Of a stretch of 64,000 bases of DNA, positions 1 through 13,000 are shown in pieces; position 1 is the stretch's first letter, and each line of letters begins with the position of its first letter. This DNA comes from Raillietiella orientalis. Lineage: Eukaryota. The position numbers and the translations under genes were made by a program. The notes under the pieces are model-generated. The model saw nothing but the letters and a program-made list of their open reading frames with translations. It was not told the origin of the DNA and searched no databases. The stretch is taken from assembly GCA_036172245.1 (NCBI GenBank), contig JAYWIR010000103.1, forward strand, positions 1 through 64,000, in the 5' to 3' direction.

Positions 1-2029
1 TCAGAAGCCGGCACGTGTACGGCGTGCCGGTTCGTCGCGGCATCGGGCAGGGTGGCAGCCTGAGCCCCCTGCTCTTCAGCATCTACTTTGAGTTGGTGCT
101 GAGATCATACAGGGAGATTTTGGCAATCCTACCGAGCTCATGTCCCGGCACGCCGTCCGTGTCGGCCTATTCCTACGAACTTCTGCTTCTGCTTCCCGGG
201 TATACCACAGCATCGGCGTTCGAAGATTTATTTGAGTTGCTGAACCGTATGACGGACATCGAGGTAAACAGCTCGAAGTCGTCAATCATTATTCCGGACT
301 CCTTGCGGGTAGGACGGTCGGACTGGATCCGCTCTGGGATCCCCACGGGCGGGTAATTGAAGTACCTGGGCGTTCCGTTGGGGGACTTCTCGGTTGCAGA
401 AGCCAGGTCCGACCGTCTCCAAAAGGTGGAGCTGGCGATCGGTTCGTTCCGGGACGGCAAGTTTTACTTGCAGGAACGGGCCGCAGTGTGGAACGCTTTT
501 GCGTCCCCCGTCCTCCGCCATCTACTTTTTGTATGCACCATACCTTCCCAAATTCGTGAAAGAACAAGCGGCTTTATTAGAAAAGCCCTTTGGGGCAATC
601 GGAGGCTCCTTGTCCTTCTTAAAGACCTGTGCGCTTCACGCAGGGACGGTGGACTTGGTCTCTTGACGCTGGAGCGCATGAAGCGACAGCTCCAATTCCT
701 TAAACTTGCTTTTGTGGCAAAGTACTGGACCGCACCGTGGTGTGCGCCTTCAAGATTTGTTGCTCACAGGGGAACCGACTGCCATGGATTGACCTCCATC
801 CTAGTAGCGAATGACCTTAGCCTTTACCACTGTGGTTTTCAGCTGCGGGACTCGGTTGCCCTGTTTTGTGACAATCCGTGGATCTCCTATATCCTTGCGG
901 ACTGGACTACCTGGCACCAGGAATCCGTTTCCGCATGGGCTAAAAGCAACCGCTCCAGCCAGGAGGACTTCTCCTGCCTCCGTAGAGGCAGATGCGCTGG
1001 TCAGCCACTGCAGGAGACCGTCAGCAACCCAGGGAAGCTTCTGTTTGCCTGCTTTACCCCCCTTGCCACAGTGCTGCCCTCCTTCAGGGAAGTTTGGGAC
1101 AGCCAGCAGGAGGCATCGTGGGAGGTGTCCTGTCTCATTGGAGGCAGGAAAAAAGTAGTGAAGGCGTAAACGTCCCGGGAATTAGCGGACGCTAGTACCC
1201 TGAATGTCTTGTCGAATGGAATTTAACGATGGGGCGCGCTGCTCGAAGTTCCTCCGGAGGAGGTGAAGTGGCCCCCGGCGTTGTGGGATAACGGCATTGT
1301 TCCCCTGCAGTGGCAGGAGACGGCGTTGCTTCTGCTCCGCTGGGGACTGTTACGCAGAGCGCGGTTGTATCACTGGACACCGGGGAGTTAGGATGCTAAT
1401 TGCCCGGTCTGTGGGGAAAAAGAAACCTTTCCTCACTTGATCATTGAGTGCGTTGCCCTTCACGATGTGTGGGACCGACTCTCGTCGAACTTGAACATTC
1501 CGCGGGGCGACCCGAAGAACGTTTTACGACTGCTGATGCGGGACACCTTGCCAGCTTCCTGGTGTGTAGCAGTGCTCTGTTGCATACGCGGAATACTGGA
1601 CAAGTGGACCGCATCAAGGGAAGGACATGCCAGTAGGAATGCCATCCACTGGGCAACCACCTCCTTGGAGAAGGCCTGCCGTGTGCGCCGACTTGGAAAA
1701 CATTTACAGGCACGCGTCCGCATCCGTGACCGGATGCAGAGGCCTCCTCACGGCGTACCGTGATTCCTTCCCTTCCCTCCCCCTCCCGAAGAACATTACC
1801 CTCCCAGGCGTTTTCTTTTTTTTTTGTTTATTTTTCTTTTTCCCCGCCCCTTCGCCAGTGTGGAGGACCTTATTGGCCTTCAAGTCGGTAAGGACAAGTG
1901 CTTCAGGATAGTCGGGCAACGTTTCTAGACTAAAGAAAACTTTATTGAAGAAATATGGCTTTATTATGAAATTTTTGTTGTTATTGAAAAATTTTAATAA
2001 TAACAGCCCCGAGTCATTTAGGTGAAAAA
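1..2029 (+). mobile_element. LINE family A copy 1, 3' half (degenerate ORF2 RT/C-terminus + 3' UTR)
   Basis: Motifs GIGQGGSLSPLLF, KYLGVPLG, GGLGL and CPVCGE..H...C; 3' end aataataacagccccgagtcatttaggtgaaaa; homologous to 56227-57886. Confidence 0.9.
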
Positions 2030-2702
2030 CCCACTGTTGAAATTGTCAACAGCGTGGGGAGAGAACCGACGGAAGAGTCCGTCATCCAGACCTTTTTCGA
2101 TGACGACGCCTACGAGCGTGCGGCGGAGGAGCTGGCTGCATCGTTACAGCCAGACGCCTCCAAGGCTGGCAAAAAGGCAGTGAGGCGTCCGCCTTCCACC
2201 CAGGAGTCGGTAACTTCCTACCCCGAGGCGCAGGCCGGAAACGAAGTTTCCATTTCCGCGGATCCCCGTCGGAAGGCTGCGAGGAAGTCCAGCAAACCCC
2301 GGAAAGCGCTTCTGCCAGCCGAAGGCGTGGAAATGACTTCCGACTGCGAGGGTGCCATGAGCCTGGGAGAATCCCGGCAATCGTCACCCGAGAGACTACC
2401 ACGCACAGACACGGAAGAGATGGAGGGGGTGGAATTAGGAAAGGTACCCCAGCTGCCTGAGGAGACCGAAACCCTAATGGTCATCTCAGCCGCCTCCGAA
2501 GAGCCGAGTTCCCCCACACCGTCATCTTCCCGGCAGTAATGCCGGGAATCTCCTTTCGCCGTCGTCTGCGCATCGCCGTATGGAACGTAAACGGCATGAC
2601 AGACGCCGGTAGGAGAGGAGATATGACCGCCAATCTGGGATCGTTCGCCCTTGCGCTGCTGCAGGAGATCCATGATATCTCTACAGAAAAAGCGCAAGAG
2701 AT
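2030..2702 (+). mobile_element. LINE family C fragment: ORF1 C-terminus + start of ORF2 endonuclease
   Basis: AAEELAASLQP..KAGKKAVRRP, TAATG at 2537-2541, then IAVWNVNG..LLQEIH; cut at AQEI by family E. Confidence 0.88.
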
Positions 2703-5700
2703 TTCTCATCCGCTCACGCGAAGGCGTTTATTTCATATAAATTCAACAGAAACAATTATATAAAATAAACCAGTTGGGGACCATGCCCCCATCCTACGAC
2801 GGCACAAGTATCAAGAGTACATTGCTAATGCGCAGGCCAGAAAAACACAGCAAGATTTGTGCGAACTGGGAAAACAAACAAACAAAAACAAAAGAAATAG
2901 AAATCAACGGGGGACGCCGGGACAAGGGTCTTTAGGCTCGCTCTGGTTCGCTCCAGGATAATCGTAATGGCACCGGTATTTTAGCAGAGCGAGCGGGGAA
3001 GGGGTATAGGTGGGCTTCAGGACGTAGTGGTCACCGGATTAAGCCGTTCCTAAATGTCTGTAAATAGGCGGTGGATGCCGGCGATGTCCTCTTTGACCTC
3101 GTTACGAAGACGAGACCACCTACCAGCGTTTTCCATGGATTCTGCTGCAAATCGGTGAGCCTTCCTTCGCTGCGCAGACAACTCCAGGGTGTAGCGGGCC
3201 TACACGATGGCGCGAATGCAACACATGGTTGCGACAATCGCGCCTACCGAAAGTCCATTTCTGCTGAAGAAGCGCCGCAGCACATCAATGGCAGTGCCTC
3301 CTTGTGGCATGATGGCCGAAGTGAGCCTTCGCCACAGTTCCCGGAGGTCACCGCAGTCCAGCAAAAGGTGCGGAAAAGACTCGATCTCTCCGCACCTTAA
3401 ACAGTTTGGCAAAGCAGCTCCCCAGGAAACGATGCTTCGCTGCCTATTACAGTGTAATGCACAATGTAAAAAGAGCAGCACATCTTGTTTCCACTTAAGG
3501 GGGAACACGGAGCTGTCCAAACAAACGGGGGGAACCACTACCTCTCCGGGGGGCACACTTAAATGTTCGCTCCACCGAAGCAGGCCCTTCGCCCGATTCC
3601 GAGGTGTGGCGGCTTGCACCAGCTCCTTTGTCGTCGAGCAGCCGAGGAGCTTACTGACCCCCGCTATTTTGCAGGAGAACTCTCATAACGCCGGTATGCA
3701 ACCGTCGTTGCTTGCCCTGAGGGCAGAGCTGCGGCGAGTGGTGTCGCGGCCAGACGATCCGACATCTTCTTGTCCAGCATGACTTCGTCCATTTGATGAC
3801 TGAGGAGAAGCCGCAGGCGTCGAAGATCTTCATGACGCGTTCCTTTAAAGCTGCTTACGATGAAAAAGATTCCTGCCGCCATGCATTAATGTTCATAGGG
3901 CTGCCGGAGATCCAACATTGGGCTTCCAGCAGTGAGGACAGCTGCCTCAGCAGGAAGACAAACCCCATCATGGTGTGCCGAAAGTGGGGTAGCAACGAAA
4001 CCAGTCCCTCGCTTCCCGTTCAGCGCCTTAGTAAAAGTCTTGCGGGTAAGATCCACGGTGTACTCCACAGCTTGGCACAGAGCTGCAGCATTCGAAACTG
4101 CAGATGCAGCTCGATGCTTTTTAAGTCTAGGATGCCCAAGCCTGCATCCTAACGCGGCGTCACCAAGTCTTTAAGTCTTCCTCGAGATCGTGCAGCGGAC
4201 CACAACCTTTTGCGTAGAAGGTGCTGCGCCCAGACTTGGACTTCCTGGGAAAGTAGACAAAGAAAAAACAAAAGGCGGAGGGGGGGAGCAACGAAGGTGT
4301 TCCAGAAGCTGCCTTGTTCCGCAAGACGAACTCGCCTCCTCAGAACGGGCTATGTGCACGCTCTGCCTTCCGAAGGCAGTCCAACCACGCTTCTGAGATA
4401 CAGAAGTCGCCCAACGGCACGCCAAAGTACCTTAGGTACCTGCCCGTGGGGATCCCCAGAAGGATCCATTCGAACTCCTTCTCGCACGTCGCTCCAACCG
4501 GAACAACCATGCACTTTCTCTTGTTGACGCTCACGCCCGCACCGCGACGGACCAACTCAAAGAAATCTTCAAGCGACGCCGACAGGGTGGACATGGGAAA
4601 CAGGAGAAGTAGGTCGACGGCATACGCTGCCAGGACCGGCGTACCTGGACAGGAGCTCGGCAGGTTGGCTAGCGTCAGCATGGAAGCCTCCAGCACCATT
4701 ACAAAATAGATGCTAAAGAGCTGCGGGCTTGAGCTATCGCCCTGCCTATTTCCTCTCTTAATCGGCGCGCCGTACACGCGACAGCCACTGAAAACAATAG
4801 TTGTAATCGCGTGGCGCCAGCAGGAGCGCTAGTACGCCAACAGGGATGCCGGGAGACCCAGACGTTCCAAAAGCTCAAGAAGAAGCTTTTCGTTCACGCA
4901 ATCGAAAGCTTTGGGCAAATCGACTGCCACCGCCAAGGTTCCCAGGGTTTTTACTTTGCGACCCGCGCCCCTGTCGGTGAGAGATCGAAGGCATCGCGTA
5001 CTTACGACGATCCATCGCCACACGATGCTGAAATTGCAGCCGGATGCGGATGAATAAGAGGTTCGCGTCCATTGACCGGCCAGGAACAGCGTAGATCTGC
5101 TCCGGGCTTAATAAAGACTTCGCGATCCTTCCCATCCGCGCCAAACAAAGTTTCAAAAACAACTTGACGTCCGAATTCAGTAATGCGAACGGACGTCAAT
5201 TGTTCAGTTGGCGAAAATCTCCGCCTTCAGGCAGGTGACGCACCTTTGCTGAGCGAAACGAGGCGGGGACATCGTCCGCATCTCGCATCAGCGACGAGAG
5301 TTGGAGCAACAGAACGATGAGCTCCGCCGCAAACCACTGGAAGAATTCTGCGGGAACTCCATCCTCGCCTGGAGCTTTTCGTCTCTTGAGCCGCAAGAAG
5401 GCCTAAGAAATTTCCTGTGCCGTGAAGGGTTCATCCAGACGCGCGCGTTCCTCCTCGTCTACAACAGGTGCATTAATCGGCAGATGCAGCTCGGAGAGAC
5501 TACTTTCCGTTGATGCCTCGGCATACAGAGAAGAGTAATGGCGACTGACTATCCGCCGATGTCGGCTGGAGCCGAGCATTACCGGTCCTGGTCGTCGAAC
5601 AGAACTGTCGCTTCTGACTGACAGACCTGGCGCTCAGCCTTGCCCTTGTACTCGGATAATCGATCAACGACCGCGCGCCCTGAGTAGAAGCGGGCCTGCA

Positions 5701-7283
5701 GAAAATCTCTGCTATTGACTACACTCTCTCCGAAGCCGCGCGGAAGCTAATGCAAGGGAAACCAGCAGCAAAACTCGCGGACCGATCTTTTTAGATCGCC
5801 CTAGTCAGCGAGCTCACTTATGGCAGAGCCGCGGAGGTACTGACGAAGATTCTCCGCCGCCTTCGGGTGACTTAGCCAGTCTGTCTGCATCCTCCAAACA
5901 CAGTTAGGAGGCCCCATGCCTGGCGGGAGCAACTCGAACTCGAGCCTGTTGTGGTCTCAAATTACGGACGGCATGGGACCTTTCCGACCCACTCGAGAGA
6001 GCAAGTGTTAATCGAGGAGTACATGGTCCGGTGATGTCGCCATAACAGGGTCGACAGCGAACAAGTTGCACGCGTGCACGGACGCGTAGATCTCTTCCAC
6101 TAGTAACTTTTACCTTTTGTGTGCGCTATTCTCGGTCAGCAGGTGTGCGTTAAAGTCCCTCGCAATGAGATGGGACACAGTAGAATGAGAACGAGTAAGC
6201 CACTGGCTCTGAACGGTACGAAAGAACTCAATCCTTTCGTCCCATCGTCGAGCACCGCTCGGCGCTAACACGTTCGTTAAGAAAAGGTCATTCGAGTCGG
6301 ACCACTTGAGTACAGTCTGTCCAACTCGGCCTTCCGTGTCGAAGCGAACGCCACGCACCGCACCCACCAAAGTTCCTCGTACGAGAAAAGCGACGCCGAA
6401 CGTACGTGGGACGCCGCACCTATGATGTAGCGTTCCGTCCGCACGCCGTTCGATTTCGGCAGCCTGGTATTCGGAGATGCTGTGAATCTCCTGCAGGAAC
6501 GTCAAGTCGAAGGCTCTCTGAGCGTTAGCTACTAGTCGCCTCTTCTCGTCGTGTTGGAGACCTTTGACGTTCCAGCACGCCACGGCAACACGACGAGAAG
6601 ACGCAATTGCCCTCATCAAAGCTCTGAAAGCGAGGTCGTGGTGCTCGACTCACCCGACGAGCGGGCAGTAAGCAGCACGACGGACTGGAAGGCGCGGTCA
6701 GACCGGCATCCAGCGTGCTGCGCGTAATCGAGTGCTTCTCCCCTGGTGCAGAAACTGTGGGTTCTGGGGTGAGCACTTGCCGTTTCTCGGCGAGTGTGTC
6801 ACGCCTCAGGGCTTCATCCCTGCGGGCGCTCGCTCCCGCGCAAGTAACGCGTCGTTCAGCGGCGCTATCGAACTCCTTTGCGGAGTCTGATGCTCGCACG
6901 ATCGACGTGCGTTTGCATCCTTCCGATCGCAGAAGAATCGTCTTCTCAGTGGTCACAGAGGCGGACTTGCACGCGTTGACGGCGCTGGCTTTTTCATGGG
7001 CAGAAGAACCCTCCGCAAGTGTTTTCTTATTCACGCGGCTGTTCTTTGCTTTCAAAGAGCTCGCAGATGGAGGTTGCAAAGCCTTATTGGAAGATTTTTA
7101 TTTTCCTCTACCCACATCGTTTTATTCTCCGTCACGATTTACGGACGCTTTCGCGACTTTCATCTCGGAAACCTCCAGAGTTTTTGCTGCAGCCTCTAGG
7201 GGCGTCGCTTTCGACATGTCTTTAAAACGAGACAGCAAGTCACCTTCTTGGCAGTCGGGAGATTGCTCCTTTCTTGCCAAGTC
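2703..7283 (-). mobile_element. LINE family E copy 1 (ORF1 3' part, degenerate ORF2, 3' UTR)
   Basis: WNVKG/LQEIH endonuclease (6110-6619), KAPGEDG, DLPKAFD, CLRCGEIESFPHLLLDC; colinear with 33275-37867. Confidence 0.92.
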
Positions 7284-7931
7284 GGCCTTCCGGAACACTT
7301 CAGCAACTTCGTGAGAGTGGTAATCAAAAACCAGTACTGCCGAAAAAACATCAACAGAAAGGAGACGGCAGCAATCCGGATGGAACGGGGAGTCCGACAG
7401 GGCGATTCGCTAAGTCCGATGCTGTTCGTCATCTACATGGAGGCGTTGTCGTCCTTTATCGAGAACAGCGGACGACTGCAAGGCATAACAATCGATGGCC
7501 AGCGGCTTAACCATCTGGCATACGCTGATGATCTACTCTTCTTTATCAAGGGAGAAAGAAATCAACGAGCGTTTCCGGATGTGGTAGACCTGATGGATCA
7601 AGGTCTGGGTGTAAAGATCAACGCTCAGAAAACCCAGCTCTTGCCCGTTGTAATCCTCGATCTCTCCGCTCTAGCGGGGAGAGGATTCGGAACGGTGGAC
7701 AAGGCCAAGTACCTGGGTGTCTACATTGGTGACGTCTCCGCGTCGAAGCTACTGTGGACCGAGATCCTAGGGAAAACGGCCAAGGAAGCAGCCAAGTACA
7801 CCCGAACGGACCTTGGAATGAAGCGAAAGGCCAACATATGGAACGGAGTACTCCTTTCAAAAGTGCTCTTCGGGCGGCCTTTGCGAGGATGAACAAGAAC
7901 ACCACGAGAGAGTTCGACAAGCTGCAGAGAA
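7284..7931 (+). mobile_element. LINE family B copy 1, RT-only fragment (5'-truncated, 3' part lost)
   Basis: GVRQGDSLSPMLF, LAYADD, KYLGV; near-identical to 45441-46090. Confidence 0.9.
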
Positions 7932-10056
7932 GCAGCACACTATGTCTTGTTGTGCGATGGTCCGCACAATCAATTTTGTTTTTTCCTGGTCGACCACACC
8001 GTTTACATTCCAGGATGCGACGTTCAGCCTCCTGGCGATCGATAGGAAAGAGGCCATAAAAGGGGATGTCCTATTTGTTGGCCTTCCTGAGCTTCTTCCG
8101 TCTGAGAGAGCGTGCTCTTCCAGACAATGAAGAAGCATCGGGCTCACCGCTGCCAGCGTCACTCTCTGTTCCGGTGAGGTCGATTACTTCCGCCTCCTCC
8201 GTAGAGTGTTCGGCTCGCGGGACCAATTTGCGAGATATCGCTTCTATCTCGTCCTTGGTGCAGAACTTCGCCATTACGTCGAGAAGCTATTCTTCTTTGT
8301 CTCGCGTTAGGTGACCTCCACAACGTGGTTCAGCTTTTCGTGTGCATTGCAGATGTTCTGCAAGATTTTCTCTTTCTGATGCCCGCTTTGCAAATCGATA
8401 ACTTCCTCCGCTAGTGTTGCCAACTCCTCGGTGGACTACAGGGCCTCCTGCGACAATGGAGTTGCTTCCTGATTTCCTTCTTTCACGCCTTTCTGCGCTA
8501 CGTCTATCTTTTCGCCTTCCTGCGCTGCTCCTACTAGGATAAAAGGGGTTTCTTGCTCCTTGACGAGCATCCTCCTCTTTCCTTTCTTTCCTACCTTAAT
8601 GAAGCCGTCCGTCGATACCTGGACCGCTTCCTTCACCTTCTTCGGCCTTCATGCCAACTTCTGAGGCTGTTCCGCCTCCTCGATCTTTCTCTTTCTCAAG
8701 GGAGAGAGTCCTAGAATCCTTCTGCAATTCGCGAATTCCGGACAGCTCCATTTAGCATGTCCGTGCTTCTTGCAGAAGGTGCACACCTCCGGTTGCGGGC
8801 AGTTCCAACCTTGATGTCCTACTTTGACGCAGCGGAAACAACGGCATGTTGGGTAAGTGCCAACCCTGTGGCCGAACTGCTTGCACCCTGTGCAGAATAC
8901 GGGTTGTTGCCGGTAGCGCACGTTCACTCCCTGGGATTGTTCGTCAATGAACGCCAACCCAGGTAAAACCGCTCCCTCCTTTATCTTGATCTTGGCGATA
9001 ATGTAGCCAGAAAATATATTTCCAGAGAAGTTCTGCAATTCAAGGTCCAGAACCTCCCCAAACTGCTCCAAAAAGTTCCAAACCGTCAGCTGCGGTGTGA
9101 GGATGGAAATGCCGTTTAAGAAGACGGTCGTGTATTGCATCTCGCCAATACCACAAACCATCCTTCCTTGAATATTGATTTCCTTCTGGATCAATCTCTC
9201 TCTGATGTTTTCACAGTCTGAAAATACTGTAAAACCGTTGCTACTTGGTATAATCGCACGTATGCGATCAAAATCGATATCTGCTTTATCGAGGGACAGA
9301 TACATCTTCCTGATATTGTTAAATTTTATTAGTCCATTCTTGAAAATAATGGGCCTTACATTCGGCCCTAGCTCGACTATCGGACTATCTACCTTTTGAA
9401 CTTTTCCACATAGCGGCTTTCCAAATTTCCGTATCCGGTGGACATACGCTTGTCCAGCCGCCACCGAGGCATACGAAAAGGGCTGCGCCGCCGCAGCCGA
9501 ACATGATGGAGTCACGTCCTGTACCGCGTGGACGCCCCCGGATCCCGCCTGGGACGCCGCCGCCGCGGGCGCAGCCTTCGACGTTGCCACCGTTGCCGCC
9601 GCCGGCGGCACCCTCGGAATCGCCGCCGCAGGCGCGACCTTACCGCCGCGGGAACGATCCCTGGCGTCGCCGCAGCGGGAACGACCTCCACCGTCGTCGC
9701 CGCCTGCCCGTCCCTTGGCATGCCCGCCGCGGGCGCGATCCTCGGCATGCCTAACACTGCCCCGCCTTTACCGTACGTTACCTCCATGGCTTCCATGGGG
9801 GACGACGGTCTCTCCACTCCTCCTCCAGGTGCCTGCATCCGGGCAGCTGGTCTTGCTGCACGGGACGACTGCAGGTCTTCCGCCGTGATCTCCTCGGCGC
9901 TTCTTTTCTAGCTGTATGAGGAGATTCTATGCAGCACACTTTAGTCCACACTCATTTCCTTCTGGATACTTTTTCTATCCGGGCACAAACGATCACAATC
10001 AACTGAATAATCGTCGTCGTGCGAGCAATACTTTGAGCCACGGAGGAAGGTCAACG
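7932..10056 (-). mobile_element. LINE family B copy 2, 5' part (5' UTR, ORF1, start of endonuclease)
   Basis: ORF1 8649-9611 with CTGCKQFGH/CFRCVKVGH/CTFCKKHGHAKWSC knuckles; ASWNVNGVVD. Confidence 0.92.
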
Positions 10057-10065
10057 ACTCGGCAG

Positions 10066-13000
10066 TTTTCCCCAAGTTCCACGAGGGGTAAGGTAAATTA
10101 ATTTTTCTAAAATTTTTCTATAAAAACGTCTACACTACAGAATCCTTCATACCATTAGCACTTTTTTTTACCACTATGAAGTCCTTGGGTTCTCACAAGT
10201 TCTGCACTCATGGTGGGTTTCCTGCTGTTTGGTCCCGGGCGTCGTCTTCTATCCTCTTCAGGATGAATCGGTACGTCCAGGCTTGGATTTTCCCACAGTT
10301 TGTAATGCCGATTTCCCTCTTCAGAAGCCCTTGTAGGATCTCCAACGGTGGTGCGGCTCTTCTGGCTTTCCTCATTAAACATCACCTCACAAGTTTGGCG
10401 GTGATGAAGAGAGCGATGGTCGTCCTCACCATGTGAATGTAACAGGGAACATTACCATCTCCCTGGAACATCCAGGCGAGGATCTCCATTACGGACCTGG
10501 TGGTGAGTATGATGAGCCTTTTCAGGATCAGCCAGTCATGCAGCGATGTGGAACACGTCAAGACGTGAAGTCTCGTGTCGATATCTCCACATGCTGTGCA
10601 GTCTCGATCTTCTCTTCTTCCGGTGTAGTGCTGCAATCGGGACCCACTCTGGATTCCTCCATGATAAAACATCAGGAGGTCATCCTGGGTGCCCGGCGGA
10701 AGGACACACCTCCAGAGCGTCGTGCCAGTCGCTAACAGGTTGATCCGGTCACTCCCGTAAGGATCGGCGGCTTCCTGGAGGGCGCTTATATTACTGTCTT
10801 CTTCTTGAATTAGTCTTTGGAGGTTTGTTTTGGTTACCCTGGACCACGCAAAGTCGTTGTGGTTGAGCCACACTTCGCGAGTCATGTAGGTAAACCTTCC
10901 TAACATCATCTCTGTATACCGAAGTATACGAGTTTGATGTAGGTACCCTCCTCGTTTCCACTCCTGGATTCGTTGAAGGGTGACCTTGGACCGCTGGTGG
11001 ATCCAGCTTCTCGTGTCCGGCGGGACAGGAAGCATCCTAGGGATCACCAGGATAGACTAGTCCTCCCAGGATTCCCTACTTCTCGGCACGATCTTGATTT
11101 TGTGCTTTCGCACCAGCCGTGGCTTCCTCGTCCAGATTGGTTCAATTTATTTCCATTCTCCTGCTCGGCCTAGCAGAGCAGTCGTCAGGCCTTTCGAGTT
11201 GTTCAAGAACAACGCGTAGGCCCTGTGCGCCGCATACGGCCAGTCATCCCAGTGAGTGGCAATGTCCAGGATGTGTCGCGTATACATGATTTCTATGGAG
11301 TGTGCAAGCAACTTCATCCCGGAACCGCCTTCTTCCCTGGGACGACACAGGGGTTTTAGTCGGATTCTTGGGCGATAGTGGCCAAATAGTGTTTTTCTCT
11401 GCAGCTTATCGGACTCTCTCGTGATGTTTTTGTTCATCCTCGCGAAGGCCGCCCCGAAGAACACTTTTGGGAGGAGTACTCCGTTCCATATGTTGGCCTT
11501 TCGCTTCATTCCAAGGTCCGTTCGGGTGTACTTGGCTGCTTCCTTGGCCCTTTTCTCGAGGTTCTCGGTGCACAATAGCTTCGACGCGGAGACGTCGCCA
11601 ATGTAGACACCCAGGTACTTGGCCTTGACCACGGTTCGCAATCCTCTTCCCGCTAGAGTGGAGAGATCGAGGATTCCAACGGGCAAAAGCTGGCTTTTCT
11701 GGGAGTTGATCTTTAGACCCCGGCCTTGATCCATCAGGTCTACCACATCCAGGAACGCTCGTTGATTTCTCTCTCCCTTGATAAAAAAGAGTAGATCATC
11801 AGCGTATGCCATATGGGTAAGACGCTGGCATTCGATTGTTATGCTTTGCAGTCGTCCGCTCTTCTCGATAAAGGACGACAACGCCTCCATGTAGATGACG
11901 AACAGCATCGGACATAGCGAATCGCCCTGTCGGACTCCCCGTTCCATCCGGATTGCTGCCGTCTCCTTTCTGTTGATGTTTTCTCGGCAGTACTGGTTCT
12001 GCAGTACCACTCTCACGAAGTTGCTAAAATTTTCAGGAAGGCCTAGCTTCTCCAGAACCTTCAGCAGCATCCCGTGGCCCATGGAGTCGAAAGCCTTCTC
12101 CATGTCAGTGAACGCCAGCACCAGGTTCTCGCCTTCGTTTCGGCTGAGTCCTACGGTGGCATGGGCACAATTGACATTGTCCGACATGTGACGTCCAGGG
12201 ACTGCATACGTTTGGACCGGAGAGATGCGCCTCGACTTGAGCTTGCCTAAGCGGTTTGGCCAGATCTTCGCCAACCACTTGGCATCCGAGTTCAGGATCG
12301 AGATTGGCCTCCATTGAGCGACCTGCGTGAGGTCCCCTCTTTTTGGCAACAATGTCATCCGACTCTCGTAGAAGGACTGTGGCATCTTCCTTCTTCGCGG
12401 ATGCAGAGGGTTAACTGGTGGAACAAACGCAGGTAGGCATGCAGGTACCGCTGATAGTGAGTGATGGTTACGCTGTCAGAGCCCGCTGCCACGTCCTTGG
12501 GTAGTTGACCAAACGCAGTCTTCACCTCATCTTCGGAGAACTCCTCCTTCAGTCTGTTTCGCCGACATCGTCGGTCCTCTTCTCGAGGTAGCTCAGAAAG
12601 GCCTGTTGACTAGAGCGACAGAGATGTTGTCGCCTGAAGTGTTTCGTGTAATGCCTGTGAAAGGCATCCACGATGTCCTCAGACGACTGTCGCAATTGAC
12701 CGTCGTACAGGATGCAGAAGATATCTGTCGCCAGATTTCAGTTTTCCAGCACGTCGAACTCCCCTTTTATGTTCTTGAAGACGTACCGACTCTCGTACTG
12801 ATCCAAGTACTTTGAGAGTGAGCGCTCTTGAATGTTCAGCTCCCGGTACGTCTCCTGCCTCAAACGCCTATGCCCGAACTGCATGTTTGCAAACAGGTGT
12901 ATCCTGTGTTTCAAGCTGTCCCATTCGGCGACTCTTCGGATTGTTGTTCCCTTCAGAATCGTCTCCAGGACAGCCTGATGACCGGGATGGGTTTCGAATC

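Noticed and set aside
1760..2000. T-rich and pyrimidine tracts as microsatellites or host spacer
   Set aside because: They recur at the same position in each family's 3' UTR
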